DNA of 64,000 nucleotides, from positions 1,376,001 to 1,440,000 of the forward strand of contig OZ240248.1 in assembly GCA_965198235.1 (NCBI GenBank), in the 5' to 3' direction. This document shows positions 50,924-61,678 of this stretch, one piece after another. The position numbers and the translations under genes are program-made. The notes beneath the pieces were generated by a model that worked only from the letters and a program-made list of their open reading frames with translations, had not been told where the DNA came from and did not search any database. This stretch comes from Candidatus Poribacteria bacterium. Lineage in GTDB: Bacteria > Poribacteria > WGA-4E > WGA-3G. Numbering within the stretch: position 1 is the stretch's first letter; each line of letters begins with the position of its first letter.

Positions 50924-50992
50924 GGGTGTCGCTACCGAGGTTTCCAATCTCATCCACTTTTGTGAGAACGCATTTTTGGATTTTCTATTTTG

Positions 50993-52165
50993 ATGATGCA
51001 CAATTACGATTGGTTGGACACAGAATGTGCAACACTGGAGCAAGCTGGCTTACGACGCCACCTTCGTACCGTCATGGGTGCCCCAACAGGGACAATTAAT
51101 CTTGATGGGCGAGATGTTGTGTTGCTCGGTTCAAACAACTATTTGGGGTTAAGCACGCATCCGAAGGTTATCGCTGCCGCTGTTGAGGCGACGCGAACTT
51201 TCGGCACAGGGGCAAGTGGTTCACGCCTCATTTCAGGGAATAGCGAACTCTACACGACTTTGGAAACCAATCTTGCGAAGTTAAAAGGGACTGAGGCCGT
51301 GCTCGTCTTCAGTTCCGGCTATGCTGCCAATACAAGTATTATCCCTATCCTTGCAGATGAAGGCGATCTTGTCTTGAGCGATGCGCTTAACCACGCCAGC
51401 ATCATAGACGGATGCCGTCTCAGTCGTGCCACCAAGAAAGTCTATCGGCACTGCGATATGGAACACCTCAGACTTTTGTTATCGGAGTCTACTGCGTTTC
51501 GGCGACGACTCATCGTGACAGATGGCGTTTTCAGCATGGATGGCGATATTGCTCCCTTACCCGATATTTGCAACCTCGCTGCAGAACACGATGTAATGGT
51601 GCTGGTAGATGATGCACACGGGTTTGGCGTGTTAGGGAAGGACGGGAACGGCACCGTTGCGCATTTCGGATTGCAAGGAAAAGGCATTATCCAGATGGGT
51701 ACGCTCAGCAAGGCGGTTGGGGCACTCGGGGGGTATATCGCGGGGAGTCATGCCTTAATTGAGTTGCTCGTCAACCGTGCGCGCAGCTTCATCTTCACGA
51801 CAGGACTTCCACCAGCGACGTTGGCTGCTGCAAACGCGGCACTTAATGTCATGCGATCTGCTCCCGAATTACGGCAACGTCTGTTCTCCCATGCAAAACG
51901 CCTCAAAACAGCGTTGATTGATTTGGGGTATGTCCTGTTACCGAGTGAAACACAAATCCTACCAGTTGTATTACGGAGTCCACAACGGGCGACAAGCGTA
52001 GCAGAAGCACTGCTTGCTGAGGGGGTATTCGCACCAGCGATCCGTCCTCCGGCTGTGCCGCCGGAAACGAGCCGTCTAAGACTTACCGTCATGGCAACGC
52101 ACACGGAAGCAGAGATCCAGCAGGCAATTGCTGGATTTACATCGGTTTTCCCCAAATTTCATTAA
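50993..52165 (+). CDS. bioF: 8-amino-7-oxononanoate synthase
   Basis: [39 protein letters not shown]. Confidence 0.92.
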   Translation: MMHNYDWLDTECATLEQAGLRRHLRTVMGAPTGTINLDGRDVVLLGSNNYLGLSTHPKVIAAAVEATRTFGTGASGSRLISGNSELYTTLETNLAKLKGTEAVLVFSSGYAANTSIIPILADEGDLVLSDALNHASIIDGCRLSRATKKVYRHCDMEHLRLLLSESTAFRRRLIVTDGVFSMDGDIAPLPDICNLAAEHDVMVLVDDAHGFGVLGKDGNGTVAHFGLQGKGIIQMGTLSKAVGALGGYIAGSHALIELLVNRARSFIFTTGLPPATLAAANAALNVMRSAPELRQRLFSHAKRLKTALIDLGYVLLPSETQILPVVLRSPQRATSVAEALLAEGVFAPAIRPPAVPPETSRLRLTVMATHTEAEIQQAIAGFTSVFPKFH

Positions 52166-52438
52166 AACAACAGTTTCAAGTCGTGCCGAGCAATCTCAAA
52201 ATCTCTTCTAATCCGCGTCCTCCGTGATAATCCACGATTCAGACAATTGACACTCTACACACCCACTTATAGTAAAATCCAAAAATATCTCTCACTGCGA
52301 GGCAACTTTACGAAACAACATCCTCTCCCATCGCTGGCGAGGTTTTCTAACCTCGCCTACCTATTGACTTTACCCCTTGAAATTTTTGTCCCATCATGCT
52401 AAACTGTGGCAAATCTTAAGAAAAACGGTGGATCACAA

Positions 52439-52852
52439 ATGAGCACAAAAGCACATATCATCGACTTTGAGAAGCAAAATCCTATTGACCGGGGAACCGG
52501 TGTGAAAACCGTTCCGTTAGCCGGTAAATGGATTGATTCCACGTCACTCACCAACGGCGTGACAATGTTTGACCCCGGCGCAGCAATCGCACGCCACTAC
52601 CACAACTGCGATGAATCCGTTACAATTCTCGAAGGCGAAGCCTCCTGTGAGGTTGATGGTGAAGTCTTCGCCATGAAAGCTTTTGACACGACATTCGTTC
52701 CGGCGGGCATCCCACATCGGTTTTGGAATGAAAGCGATGCACCCATGAAAATCCTATGGACCTACGCTTCTGTCAGCGTGACCCGCACCTTTACAGAGAC
52801 AGGCGAAACCGTGGAACACTTGTCACCGGGCGATCAGGCGGTTGTCAAATAA
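52439..52852 (+). CDS. Cupin domain protein
   Basis: HYHNCDE...GIPHRF. Confidence 0.9.
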   Translation: MSTKAHIIDFEKQNPIDRGTGVKTVPLAGKWIDSTSLTNGVTMFDPGAAIARHYHNCDESVTILEGEASCEVDGEVFAMKAFDTTFVPAGIPHRFWNESDAPMKILWTYASVSVTRTFTETGETVEHLSPGDQAVVK

Positions 52853-52873
52853 CAACGACTGAGGAGACCTAAA

Positions 52874-54112
52874 ATGTCCGTTCAAACCTATATTAAGGAC
52901 AATCAAGCCGCGCTTTGTGCGTTGCTTCAGGAACTCGTCAGGATTCCTACTGTCAACCCACCCGGCGAAAATTATGCCGAAATTGTTGGGCTACTGGACG
53001 CGAAGTGTCAGGCACTGGGAATGCGGACACAGATTGCCGAGGTCCCTACAGAGCGTGCTGAACGGGTTATCCCGAATGCCGAAAGCCATCCGCGGTTGAA
53101 CCTCATCGCCCGTTGGGATGTCGGGGCAGAGAAGACGGTACACTTCAACGCACACTACGATGTCGTCCCCGTTGCAGGGGACTGGCGTTTCGATGATCCA
53201 TTCAGTGGCGAGATTGATGGCGAGTCGCTCTACGGACGTGGGTCCGACGATATGAAGGATGCCATCGCCGCACTCCTATTTGCAATTCAGGCTGTCCAGG
53301 AGACCGGGGCCAAACCGCAGTTCAACATCGAATGTTCTTTCACCTGTGATGAAGAGACCGGCGGAGAGTTAGGCGCAGGGTATATTGTCGAGGAAGGGTT
53401 GGTTCATGCGGATTACGTCGTCAATTGCGAAGGCGGTTCGGAGATGAATATCGGCAACGGGCATAACGGTGTACTCTGGTTAGAAATTGAGGTCCACGGC
53501 AAAGCAGCACACGGGGCACAGCCAGATAAAGGGATAAATGCCTTTGAGAAAGCGGCTGAACTCGTAACAGCACTCCAACGCATTAAACGGAATTTGAAAT
53601 CACCGGAGCGCGCATTTAAACTCAACGATGGCAGCGACCGTTATCCAACGTTAAATATCGGTGGAACATTTCGTGGAACCGATGGCGACAAAGTTAACAC
53701 CGTTCCAGCACGTGTCACGTTCTCGGTTGATCGGCGGATTACGCCAAACGAGGAACTCGAATTTGCCGAACTCGAATTGCGGGAAGCGATTTCCGGAGCC
53801 TGCCAATACTATCCCGATTTGAATGCAGAAGCGCGAGCCATCTTGCGAATCGAACCCTGTTTGACGGATACCGCATCGCCAATAGCACAAGCGTTCGCTG
53901 ACGCAGTGCGCATTGTCCGTTTCAATCAGCCGAGATTTAAAGGCACTACGGGATTTACAGACTTGCACTATTTCGTCAATACAGGCTTGCCGGGAATTGG
54001 CTACGGACCGCGAGGCGAAGGTGGGCACGCCATCAATGAGCGCGTGCATATTCCCGATCTGGTTAGAACCTCCGCTATCTATGCAACCTTCATGACACGC
54101 GCGGAACTATAA
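52874..54112 (+). CDS. M20 family ArgE/DapE-like deacylase
   Basis: HYDVVP, GRGSDDMK, DEETGG, HAINE. Confidence 0.92.
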   Translation: MSVQTYIKDNQAALCALLQELVRIPTVNPPGENYAEIVGLLDAKCQALGMRTQIAEVPTERAERVIPNAESHPRLNLIARWDVGAEKTVHFNAHYDVVPVAGDWRFDDPFSGEIDGESLYGRGSDDMKDAIAALLFAIQAVQETGAKPQFNIECSFTCDEETGGELGAGYIVEEGLVHADYVVNCEGGSEMNIGNGHNGVLWLEIEVHGKAAHGAQPDKGINAFEKAAELVTALQRIKRNLKSPERAFKLNDGSDRYPTLNIGGTFRGTDGDKVNTVPARVTFSVDRRITPNEELEFAELELREAISGACQYYPDLNAEARAILRIEPCLTDTASPIAQAFADAVRIVRFNQPRFKGTTGFTDLHYFVNTGLPGIGYGPRGEGGHAINERVHIPDLVRTSAIYATFMTRAEL

Positions 54113-54249
54113 CCTCGGAGTGAATACAATGCAAAACCAAAACCGGCATCTCCTGGGTTAGTATCTTAGAATGGTATTCGCGTCTTGGATATGTTATTAT
54201 TTTTGTATCGGTTTCATGGATATATCTATTTTGGAGGGAGCTGCTCGTT

Positions 54250-55401
54250 ATGATTGTCAATCGACTTATTGCAAAGAACTGGCGGAATTTTCAAGAGATT
54301 AATGTTCCGCTTAGGGAACGGCAGTTTATCGTTGGCCCAAATGCATCAGGTAAATCCAATCTGCTGGACATCTTTCGCTTTCTCCGCGATATCGCCAAAG
54401 CCGAAGGTGGCGGACTTCAAAAAGCGATCAATGACCGAGGCGGTGTTTCCAAAATCCGGTGCCTGTCCGCGAGGCAAGACCCAGAGGTTGCCATCGAAAT
54501 TCACATCGCGGACACGCCAGATGCACCTGCCACGTGGCGATATAGCGTAGGGTTTCGTCAAGCAGATCATGGGCATTGCCAAACTCATCTCACACATGAA
54601 CGCGTCTGGAGAGAGGGTGAACTCCTTCTTGATAGACCCGATGAAGTCGACAACGAAGATCCAGATCGCCTTACCCAGACCGCACTTGAACAGAATGCTG
54701 CCAACGCGAAGTTTCGAGAGATTGGACGATTTCTTCGTAATGTTACCTACCTCCATCTGGTCCCGCAACTCATCCGTTTTAGGGATGCAATTCAGGGAAG
54801 GATTATTGAAAATGATCCGTTTGGTCAGGGATTTCTTGAAAGAATTGCGAATGTGCACCCAAGCACCCGTCGTTCCCGCCTCAAGAAAATTGAACATACC
54901 CTCAAAATGGCAGTTCCACAGTTTGAAAAATTAGAATTTATTCGTGACAACAGAGGTCGACCCCATTTACAGGCACATTATTCCCACTGGTGTTCAAATG
55001 AAGAAGGGCAGCGCGAAGACCAATTTTCGGATGGAGTGCTTCGACTTATTGGACTCCTATGGTCTCTTCTTGAAAGCGACTCAATAGTATTATTAGAAGA
55101 ACCAGAACTCTCTTTAAACATAGGCATTGTTTCTCAACTTGCGCCTTCTATTTCTCGCCTGCGAAAAAGTCGAGGATCTCAGGTGTTAGTTAGCACGCAC
55201 AGTGATGCACTTCTTAAGGAACCGGGCATTGATAGTAGGGAAGTTCTATTACTCATGCCTGCCAAAGAAGGAACAGCAGTTATGCCTTCCTCTGATTTTC
55301 ATGAAGTTGCTACACTTCTTGAGAATGGATTTACAATCGGTGAAGTTGTGATTCCACGAACTCGACCAGAAAATGCTGAACAGTTGAGCTTATTAGAATG
55401 A
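54250..55401 (+). CDS. AAA_21-type ABC-like ATPase
   Basis: GPNASGKSN, FSDG, LLEEPE, STHS. Confidence 0.9.
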   Translation: MIVNRLIAKNWRNFQEINVPLRERQFIVGPNASGKSNLLDIFRFLRDIAKAEGGGLQKAINDRGGVSKIRCLSARQDPEVAIEIHIADTPDAPATWRYSVGFRQADHGHCQTHLTHERVWREGELLLDRPDEVDNEDPDRLTQTALEQNAANAKFREIGRFLRNVTYLHLVPQLIRFRDAIQGRIIENDPFGQGFLERIANVHPSTRRSRLKKIEHTLKMAVPQFEKLEFIRDNRGRPHLQAHYSHWCSNEEGQREDQFSDGVLRLIGLLWSLLESDSIVLLEEPELSLNIGIVSQLAPSISRLRKSRGSQVLVSTHSDALLKEPGIDSREVLLLMPAKEGTAVMPSSDFHEVATLLENGFTIGEVVIPRTRPENAEQLSLLE

Positions 55402-56009
55402 TATTAAACAGTGTAATCCTTGCAGTTGAGGATGAACTCGGCGAGGCAATTTCGACTAAAATTCTAAATAGTTTTGGTATTGAAATCAGAATCGTACTCA
55501 GAGAAGGTGGAAATGCTTACCTTCGACAAAAAGCACCCGAACTCAACATATCTGCCAGCGGGATGGATATTTTTCTGTTGACCGATTTAGATTCGCCCGA
55601 AGATTGTCCTCCGGGGCTTATTCGCTCATGGATTAAAGGCACTCTCAATCCAAAGTTTTTCTTTCGAGTGGCAGTTATGGAGGTTGAATCATGGCTTATG
55701 GCAGATCGGGCGGGATTCGCAAACTTTTTATCAATACCCATCCATCGTATTCCGTCTCCTACAGACGATATCCTTAAGCCTAAAGAATACCTTGTTTCGC
55801 TGGCACGGAGAAGTAAAAAAAGAAGATTACGGGACGAACTGGTTCCCGAACCCGGAGCAAAAATCCCAGTAGGTTATGGATATAACACCCGTTTGATGGA
55901 ATTTGTCCGAGACTACTGGGACTTGGAACGCGCTGCAGTTACCTCTCCAAGTCTAAAACGAACATTGGACCGACTTGATCAGGAAAAGAATTCGGGTGCT
56001 AAGCAGTGA
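55398..56009 (+). CDS. DUF4276-like TOPRIM-fold protein
   Basis: AVED, LTDLD, EVESWLMAD, SPSL; ATGA overlap with the ATPase. Confidence 0.8.
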   Translation: MILNSVILAVEDELGEAISTKILNSFGIEIRIVLREGGNAYLRQKAPELNISASGMDIFLLTDLDSPEDCPPGLIRSWIKGTLNPKFFFRVAVMEVESWLMADRAGFANFLSIPIHRIPSPTDDILKPKEYLVSLARRSKKRRLRDELVPEPGAKIPVGYGYNTRLMEFVRDYWDLERAAVTSPSLKRTLDRLDQEKNSGAKQ

Positions 56010-56311
56010 ACAAAAAATTCCAACGTCACATTGAAAACTTTACCTGTGTACATTGTGGTGCCTCCGTCAAGGGGAACGGCTACACCAATCACTGTCCAGA
56101 GTGCCTCTGGAGCCGGCATGTTGACGTGAATCCTGGCGACCGCTCCGCATCCTGTCGCAGTTTGATGGAACCGATAGGCTTTACTATAAAACACGGCGAT
56201 TATATCCTTACCCATCGCTGCACGACGTGTGGTGTAGAAAAAAAGAATAAAACATCAAGAAATGACAACTTTGAGGCGATCCTTAGCCTACAGGGAGAGT
56301 TAAATGTCTAA
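56006..56311 (+). CDS. RNHCP domain zinc-binding protein
   Basis: FTCVHCG...NHCPECLWSRHVD..PGDR...C...HRCTTCG. Confidence 0.9.
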   Translation: MNKKFQRHIENFTCVHCGASVKGNGYTNHCPECLWSRHVDVNPGDRSASCRSLMEPIGFTIKHGDYILTHRCTTCGVEKKNKTSRNDNFEAILSLQGELNV

Positions 56312-57206
56312 ACAAAGAATCCTTGCAATCGCGTCTATCTGTATTGCTGCTATCGCTGCTATCGTTCTGGCAATAATACTCTATTCAACCTCAGGCAAAC
56401 TCAAGCAGACGCAAGCGGAACTGGCTGCCACCAATGTCACCTTGCAGAGAACTGAGACCGCCAAAACCGATTTAGAAAAGAAGTTAACTGAAACCCAGAC
56501 CACGCTGGAGGAAACGCTTTCAGAACTCAGCCAAACGCAGGAGATATTGCAGGATGCCAGCGAAGCCGCTCGAAAAATTGCTGCCGAACGGAACGCGCTT
56601 CAACAGGACAAAGATGCACTTGAACGCGAAAAAGAGAATCTCCGCGCAAAACTGACCGAGATTGAATCGGAGTTACAACGGATTCGGGTACAATCACAGC
56701 GTTCAATTGCTGCTATCCAAGACAAATTTAAGGATACAGTCGGTGCGGTGTTAGATGACGCAGGACGGTTAAAACTTGATGTCAAAGGGAAAATTCTGTT
56801 TGAAACAGGCAGTGCGATCCTGAGTACAGAGGGGAAGGCACTTCTTGATGCGATTGCTAAGGAAGTCCTACTAAATACGAATTATGCAGATTATGCAGTG
56901 CGGGTTGAGGGACATACTGACAACGCACCTATTGGCGGTTCCCAACTCCGAAACTGGAACCTCTCAACCGAACGTGCAATCGCTGCCGTGAAATACCTGC
57001 AGACGCATGCTAAAGTCGATGCCCAACGTTTGGCGGCGACAGGATACGCTTTCTACCAACCGATAGATACTGCCGACACACCTGAAGCGAAAGCCAAAAA
57101 TCGGAGAATCGAAATTATACTCGTGCCACCTCAAGATTTCTTATCCGAATTGATGACATCTCTCCAAAAAGTGATGGAATCTATTGAGACGAAGGAGTCT
57201 GAGTAG
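56304..57206 (+). CDS. OmpA/MotB-like peptidoglycan-binding protein with TM anchor and coiled coil
   Basis: VEGHTDN, NWNLSTERA, NRRIEI. Confidence 0.92.
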   Translation: MSKQRILAIASICIAAIAAIVLAIILYSTSGKLKQTQAELAATNVTLQRTETAKTDLEKKLTETQTTLEETLSELSQTQEILQDASEAARKIAAERNALQQDKDALEREKENLRAKLTEIESELQRIRVQSQRSIAAIQDKFKDTVGAVLDDAGRLKLDVKGKILFETGSAILSTEGKALLDAIAKEVLLNTNYADYAVRVEGHTDNAPIGGSQLRNWNLSTERAIAAVKYLQTHAKVDAQRLAATGYAFYQPIDTADTPEAKAKNRRIEIILVPPQDFLSELMTSLQKVMESIETKESE

Positions 57207-57387
57207 TGCTTTGTCAAGTTTCACCTTATAGTGATCCTGTTTGTAGGGGCAATTCATTGCCCGTTTCTCTCACTGCGAGGCGGTGCGATAAATCGCACTA
57301 CTACGAACCTACCCTAAAATTCAAGTTGGATAGAGCAGTAGTTTCGACATCCTCTTTTGAGTGGGACTTACCGGTTTCCAAAACTTA

Positions 57388-58254
57388 CTATTTAGAACCC
57401 CCTGAAACCGCGCGCTTTGCTTCAATAGCAAGTTCTGTCGCACGTTTAACCAACCGTCTGGTCTCATCAATCTGTTCCAGCAGTTGCGCATTCGTCCACG
57501 AGACTGCAGCAAGATACCGTAGTTCGTCGGGATTGTTTAGAGTCTCAGCCCCCAGTGCAATCTGCAGTCCGCTTGAGGTGGTATAGCGCATGCCGGCGTT
57601 TACATCGGCTCCATCAAATTCCAAACTCATTGTGATGTCGCCTCGTGCAAAAGCGGGTTGGAATTCCTTGCTCAAACCCATGAAGAAACCTAATGGGTGT
57701 TCTTCAAACGCAAACCGTTGTGCACCAACACCGATATGACCGGAGAATTGGTGGATCCGCGGCAGATTGAACGTTTTACTGGCTGCCAGAAACGGCGACG
57801 GACTCTGGCTGTCTACTGAGTCTGTGGTGAGAATCCCATCACCGAGATATTCAACACCAATTGCGATACTTGGAATTGCACTAACTTCTTGCTCTTTTAA
57901 GAGTTGCACCTTCAAACCCACAGCCTGCTCAGTGGAAAGTTCACCCCCATACTTGTTCCACCCATACTCGTTCCACACATGCCCCAACCCTACTTCAACC
58001 CTATCGAATAATCCGAAGTTAAGGTAGAAACAGCTTGTAGCCGCGAGATGGCCTACGATGACATCATACGAGATTTGTGTCTCATCTATTCGGGCAGCAA
58101 CATAGGTACCTACCGCGAATACGCCGTGTTCCAGCACGGCACCGGTTGGAATATTCACCAATCCACTCCCTGTAAATATTTGACCTTTAGCGGAGCCCGA
58201 TGCCGTTGGGGATGCAAAAACGAGCAGAAAAAATAAAAACAGGTGTTTTCCCAT
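57388..58254 (-). CDS. YjbH-like exported beta-barrel protein
   Basis: Signal peptide, GSGLVNIPT, amphipathic strands. Confidence 0.65.
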   Translation of the reverse strand: MGKHLFLFFLLVFASPTASGSAKGQIFTGSGLVNIPTGAVLEHGVFAVGTYVAARIDETQISYDVIVGHLAATSCFYLNFGLFDRVEVGLGHVWNEYGWNKYGGELSTEQAVGLKVQLLKEQEVSAIPSIAIGVEYLGDGILTTDSVDSQSPSPFLAASKTFNLPRIHQFSGHIGVGAQRFAFEEHPLGFFMGLSKEFQPAFARGDITMSLEFDGADVNAGMRYTTSSGLQIALGAETLNNPDELRYLAAVSWTNAQLLEQIDETRRLVKRATELAIEAKRAVSGGSK

Positions 58255-58259
58255 AGATG

Positions 58260-58949
58260 TCACCCCATGTACCGAATACCGGAAGGCGTACCGATGATGA
58301 TTTTGTCGGCGCGATTGACAAAGATCCCATTCTCCACGACACCAGGAATATTGTTCAGTTGCAACTCAGTCTCTTTCGGGGCGGGAATCCCATCAAAGCG
58401 GCAATCAAGGATATAATTGCCGTTGTCAGTAATCAGCGGGTGTTGATTCCCGTCCTGAGCAGGTGCAAGGCGCAATGTTGATTTTCCACAAATCCGATCG
58501 ACCTCTGTTTGTGTTGCCTCCCATCCGAACCGAACAATTTCCACAGGAAGCGGAAAGATCGTGCCGAGGATGCGTGATACCTTGCTTTCATCGACAATAA
58601 TCAATATCTCTTTGGATGCATTGGCGATGATTTTTTCTCTAACAAGTGCTGCACCGCCACCTTTGATCAGGTTGAGGTGTGCGTCAACTTCGTCGGCACC
58701 GTCGATCGTCAGATCGATACTCGGATGCGTCGCGAGCGTCGCGAGGGGTATCTGTTGTGCTGTCGCAATTTTTTCGGTGCCGGCAGAGGTGGGGATGCCG
58801 ACGATGTCAAGTCCTTCCTGCACCATCGCACCAAATTTCAAGAGCGCATAGTAAACTGTAGAACCTGTCCCTAATCCGATAACCATACCCGACCGGACGC
58901 TCTCTGTCGCTTTTTCCGCGGCAATTTTTTTCTGATTTTCTGTGTTCAT
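58260..58949 (-). CDS. rpiA: Ribose-5-phosphate isomerase A
   Basis: GLGTGST, DGADEVD, KGGGAAL.REK, TDNGN, PGVVENG. Confidence 0.97.
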   Translation of the reverse strand: MNTENQKKIAAEKATESVRSGMVIGLGTGSTVYYALLKFGAMVQEGLDIVGIPTSAGTEKIATAQQIPLATLATHPSIDLTIDGADEVDAHLNLIKGGGAALVREKIIANASKEILIIVDESKVSRILGTIFPLPVEIVRFGWEATQTEVDRICGKSTLRLAPAQDGNQHPLITDNGNYILDCRFDGIPAPKETELQLNNIPGVVENGIFVNRADKIIIGTPSGIRYMG

Positions 58950-59075
58950 GATGCATATAAGTTTACCAGAAAATCCTCTTGAAATCAAGCGGTAATCCAG
59001 TCTTCGGTAGGAGGGATCTCCGAATCCCGACTCTTACTGACGGCTGACAGCCGATTGCTGATGGCTGACTCCGAT

Positions 59076-59104
59076 TTGACTTATTTCGCGGATTCTGGTA
59101 AAAT
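59076..59104 (+). promoter_or_regulatory. Sigma70 promoter, probably leaderless
   Basis: TTGACT-17 nt-TAAAAT with TGn extension; ATG 7 nt downstream. Confidence 0.7.
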
Positions 59105-59111
59105 AACCGTT

Positions 59112-60098
59112 ATGAGGAATAAGATTCGCCATGGTCAACTGGTAGTTGGGCAATTAGTCGCCGAACCCGGAACCCGAATAGAAGGACATATCAAGGTCGG
59201 CAGTATGCCCGACGGAACGGCTGTCCGACTGCCTGTTGTGCTAATCAATGGGAGGTACCCCGGCAAAACACTCTACATCCAAGCGATTAGCGACGGAGAT
59301 GAACTCAACGGAATCGCCGTTATTCACAAAGTACTCTGCACGATCGCACCAGAGCAATTGTATGGGAAGATTATTGCTGTACCGCTCGTCAACTTCCACG
59401 CGTTTCACACGAAACAGGCACTGAACCCCGTAGACAACCGCAAAATGAACCGCTGTTTTCCGGGTAGGCGCGACGGTACGTCAAGCGAACGGATCGCCTA
59501 TCATCTTTTTCGGCGCGCTATCCAGCAAGCCGATTACTGTCTCGACCTGCACCAAGGTGGCGTACATCCGATGATCGACGAGGTCCGCGTACGCGTTGAC
59601 GAAAAACACGCACTTCATGGGGCATGCCTTGAACTCGCACGCGTCTTCGGCATAGGACATATTCTCAATCAGAAGGGACCGGAAGGACAACTTGCTCAAG
59701 CAGCACCAGAGGTCGGCATTCCAACGATTGACCCTGAATTAGGTGGCACCCACGGATGGGATGCAGAGAGCATCGAAAAGGGTCTGCGCGGCGTGCTCAA
59801 TGTACTACAATATTATAAATTCATTGCCGGAACACCCCAAATTCCTGACCGCCAGATCGTTGTCAAACAATTTGTACCCGTCCTCAGCAATGAAGGCGGA
59901 TTCGTCTATTACAAAGCGGAATTGTATGAACAACTTGCGATGTATCAACCTGTAGCAGACATCTGCGATGTGTTTGGCAATGTGCGGGAGTCCATCCGTG
60001 CGCCAGTCGATGGTGTTTTCTGGGCAAAACCCATCTATCCAATGGTCGCGAGCGGTGGTATCGTCGGCAAAATCGGCACACCGATCGAATATCTCTAA
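59112..60098 (+). CDS. Succinylglutamate desuccinylase/aspartoacylase (M14-like) family protein
   Basis: DGDELNG, MNRCFPG, LDLHQG, ELGG. Confidence 0.88.
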   Translation: MRNKIRHGQLVVGQLVAEPGTRIEGHIKVGSMPDGTAVRLPVVLINGRYPGKTLYIQAISDGDELNGIAVIHKVLCTIAPEQLYGKIIAVPLVNFHAFHTKQALNPVDNRKMNRCFPGRRDGTSSERIAYHLFRRAIQQADYCLDLHQGGVHPMIDEVRVRVDEKHALHGACLELARVFGIGHILNQKGPEGQLAQAAPEVGIPTIDPELGGTHGWDAESIEKGLRGVLNVLQYYKFIAGTPQIPDRQIVVKQFVPVLSNEGGFVYYKAELYEQLAMYQPVADICDVFGNVRESIRAPVDGVFWAKPIYPMVASGGIVGKIGTPIEYL

Positions 60099-60130
60099 AG
60101 ATTACTGCATCTTTATGAGGAGGGAATGGC

Positions 60131-61438
60131 TTGCATAAGCAGAATCGCGAAGCTTTTATCGAAAAAATGGGACGTGGAGGGGTCGCTATCTTCGCCAGTA
60201 CACCCCCCGCAATATGGAACCACGACACCGAGTATAATTATCGTCCGGATCCGAATTTTTATTACCTTACGGGGTTTGAAGAACCGGAGTCGATCTGCGT
60301 CATCGCGCCCGATCATCCGAAACATCAGTATATTCTGTTCGTTCGTCCGAAAGATAAACAGGCGGAAATCTGGAACGGTAAGCGCGTCGGCGTTAAGGAC
60401 GCTCGTAAACGCTACGGTGCGGATAAAGCCTATCCGATAGAGAAATTTAGTGAGAAAATCGGGAGATACCTACAGGGTGCTGAGCGGCTTTATTATACCC
60501 TCGGTTCCAATCAGGATGTTGACAGCGAAATTCTCGCGCGCTTCACGCGGTCCGTCAGATCACGAATCCGATCCGGGAAGGGGTTTGATACGCTTGTCGA
60601 TCCGAGCCCTATTCTCAGTGAATTGCGGTTAATCAAAAATGAGACCGAACTGCAGCGCACCCGACTGGCGACGGAGATTACCGTAGCCGGTCACGTCGCC
60701 GCGATGAAGGCGGTTCGCCCAGGGCTATATGAATACGAACTGGAGGCTCTTGTTGAATCCACGTTCCGTATGAATGGTGCGAATGATATAGCCTTTCCCA
60801 CTATCGTTGCGAGTGGTGGAAACGCGACCACGCTCCACTACACAACAAATGACTGCCGGATTGAAGACGAAACGCTCGTGCTCATTGACGCAGGCGCGGA
60901 ATACGGTCGGTACTCTGGTGATGTGACCCGTACTTTCCCCGCAAACGGCACCTTCACCGAAGCGCAAAGAGAAATTTATCAGATTGTTCTTGCAGCGCAC
61001 TATGCCATTATTGATTCTATCCGTCCAGGGGTTTCTATTGACGAACCGCACCAAAAATCGATTGAGTTGTTGACGGAAGGGATGCTCAGTCTTGGTCTTC
61101 TCAAGGGGAAAGCACGGAAATTAATAAAGAAAGAGGCATACCGGCAGTTTTACATGTACCGAATCGGACACATGCTCGGATTAGATGTCCACGATGTCAA
61201 TTGTGTCCACGAACCCAGCGGTGATTTCAAAACCTTCCAACCCGGAATGGTGATGACAATTGAACCCGGACTCTACGTCGCTGCGGATACAAAAGATGTC
61301 CCACCGGCGTATCTCGGCATCGGTGTCCGCATAGAGGACGATATCCTCGTCACTGAGACCGGTTGTGAAGTCCTGACAGACGATGTCCCGAAAGAGATTG
61401 ATGAAGTCGAAGCACTTGTACAAAAAACAAAGTGGTAG
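60131..61438 (+). CDS. pepP: Aminopeptidase P
   Basis: YYLTGFEEPE, LHY, DAGAE..YSGDVTRT, GHMLGLDVHD, EPGLY, RIEDD. Confidence 0.93.
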   Translation: MHKQNREAFIEKMGRGGVAIFASTPPAIWNHDTEYNYRPDPNFYYLTGFEEPESICVIAPDHPKHQYILFVRPKDKQAEIWNGKRVGVKDARKRYGADKAYPIEKFSEKIGRYLQGAERLYYTLGSNQDVDSEILARFTRSVRSRIRSGKGFDTLVDPSPILSELRLIKNETELQRTRLATEITVAGHVAAMKAVRPGLYEYELEALVESTFRMNGANDIAFPTIVASGGNATTLHYTTNDCRIEDETLVLIDAGAEYGRYSGDVTRTFPANGTFTEAQREIYQIVLAAHYAIIDSIRPGVSIDEPHQKSIELLTEGMLSLGLLKGKARKLIKKEAYRQFYMYRIGHMLGLDVHDVNCVHEPSGDFKTFQPGMVMTIEPGLYVAADTKDVPPAYLGIGVRIEDDILVTETGCEVLTDDVPKEIDEVEALVQKTKW

Positions 61439-61678
61439 ACACACTCCAGAGGCATTCAGTTCTCCTGTAGGAGGGAACTCCGATTCCCGACATATCCCAG
61501 TAGGAGCGATTTGCAACCGCTCCGGGCATTGAAAAGGGGTATTCAAACGCCAGACAATCCAATAAATTTTTTTAAACTGAATGGCTCTGGGCACGCTCCG
61601 TATAGCCTTTCATATCTAAGACCTTTATAGTAAAATCTGAATTCTTAGTTAAAACACAAGGCTTTTCAAACGACAAAA

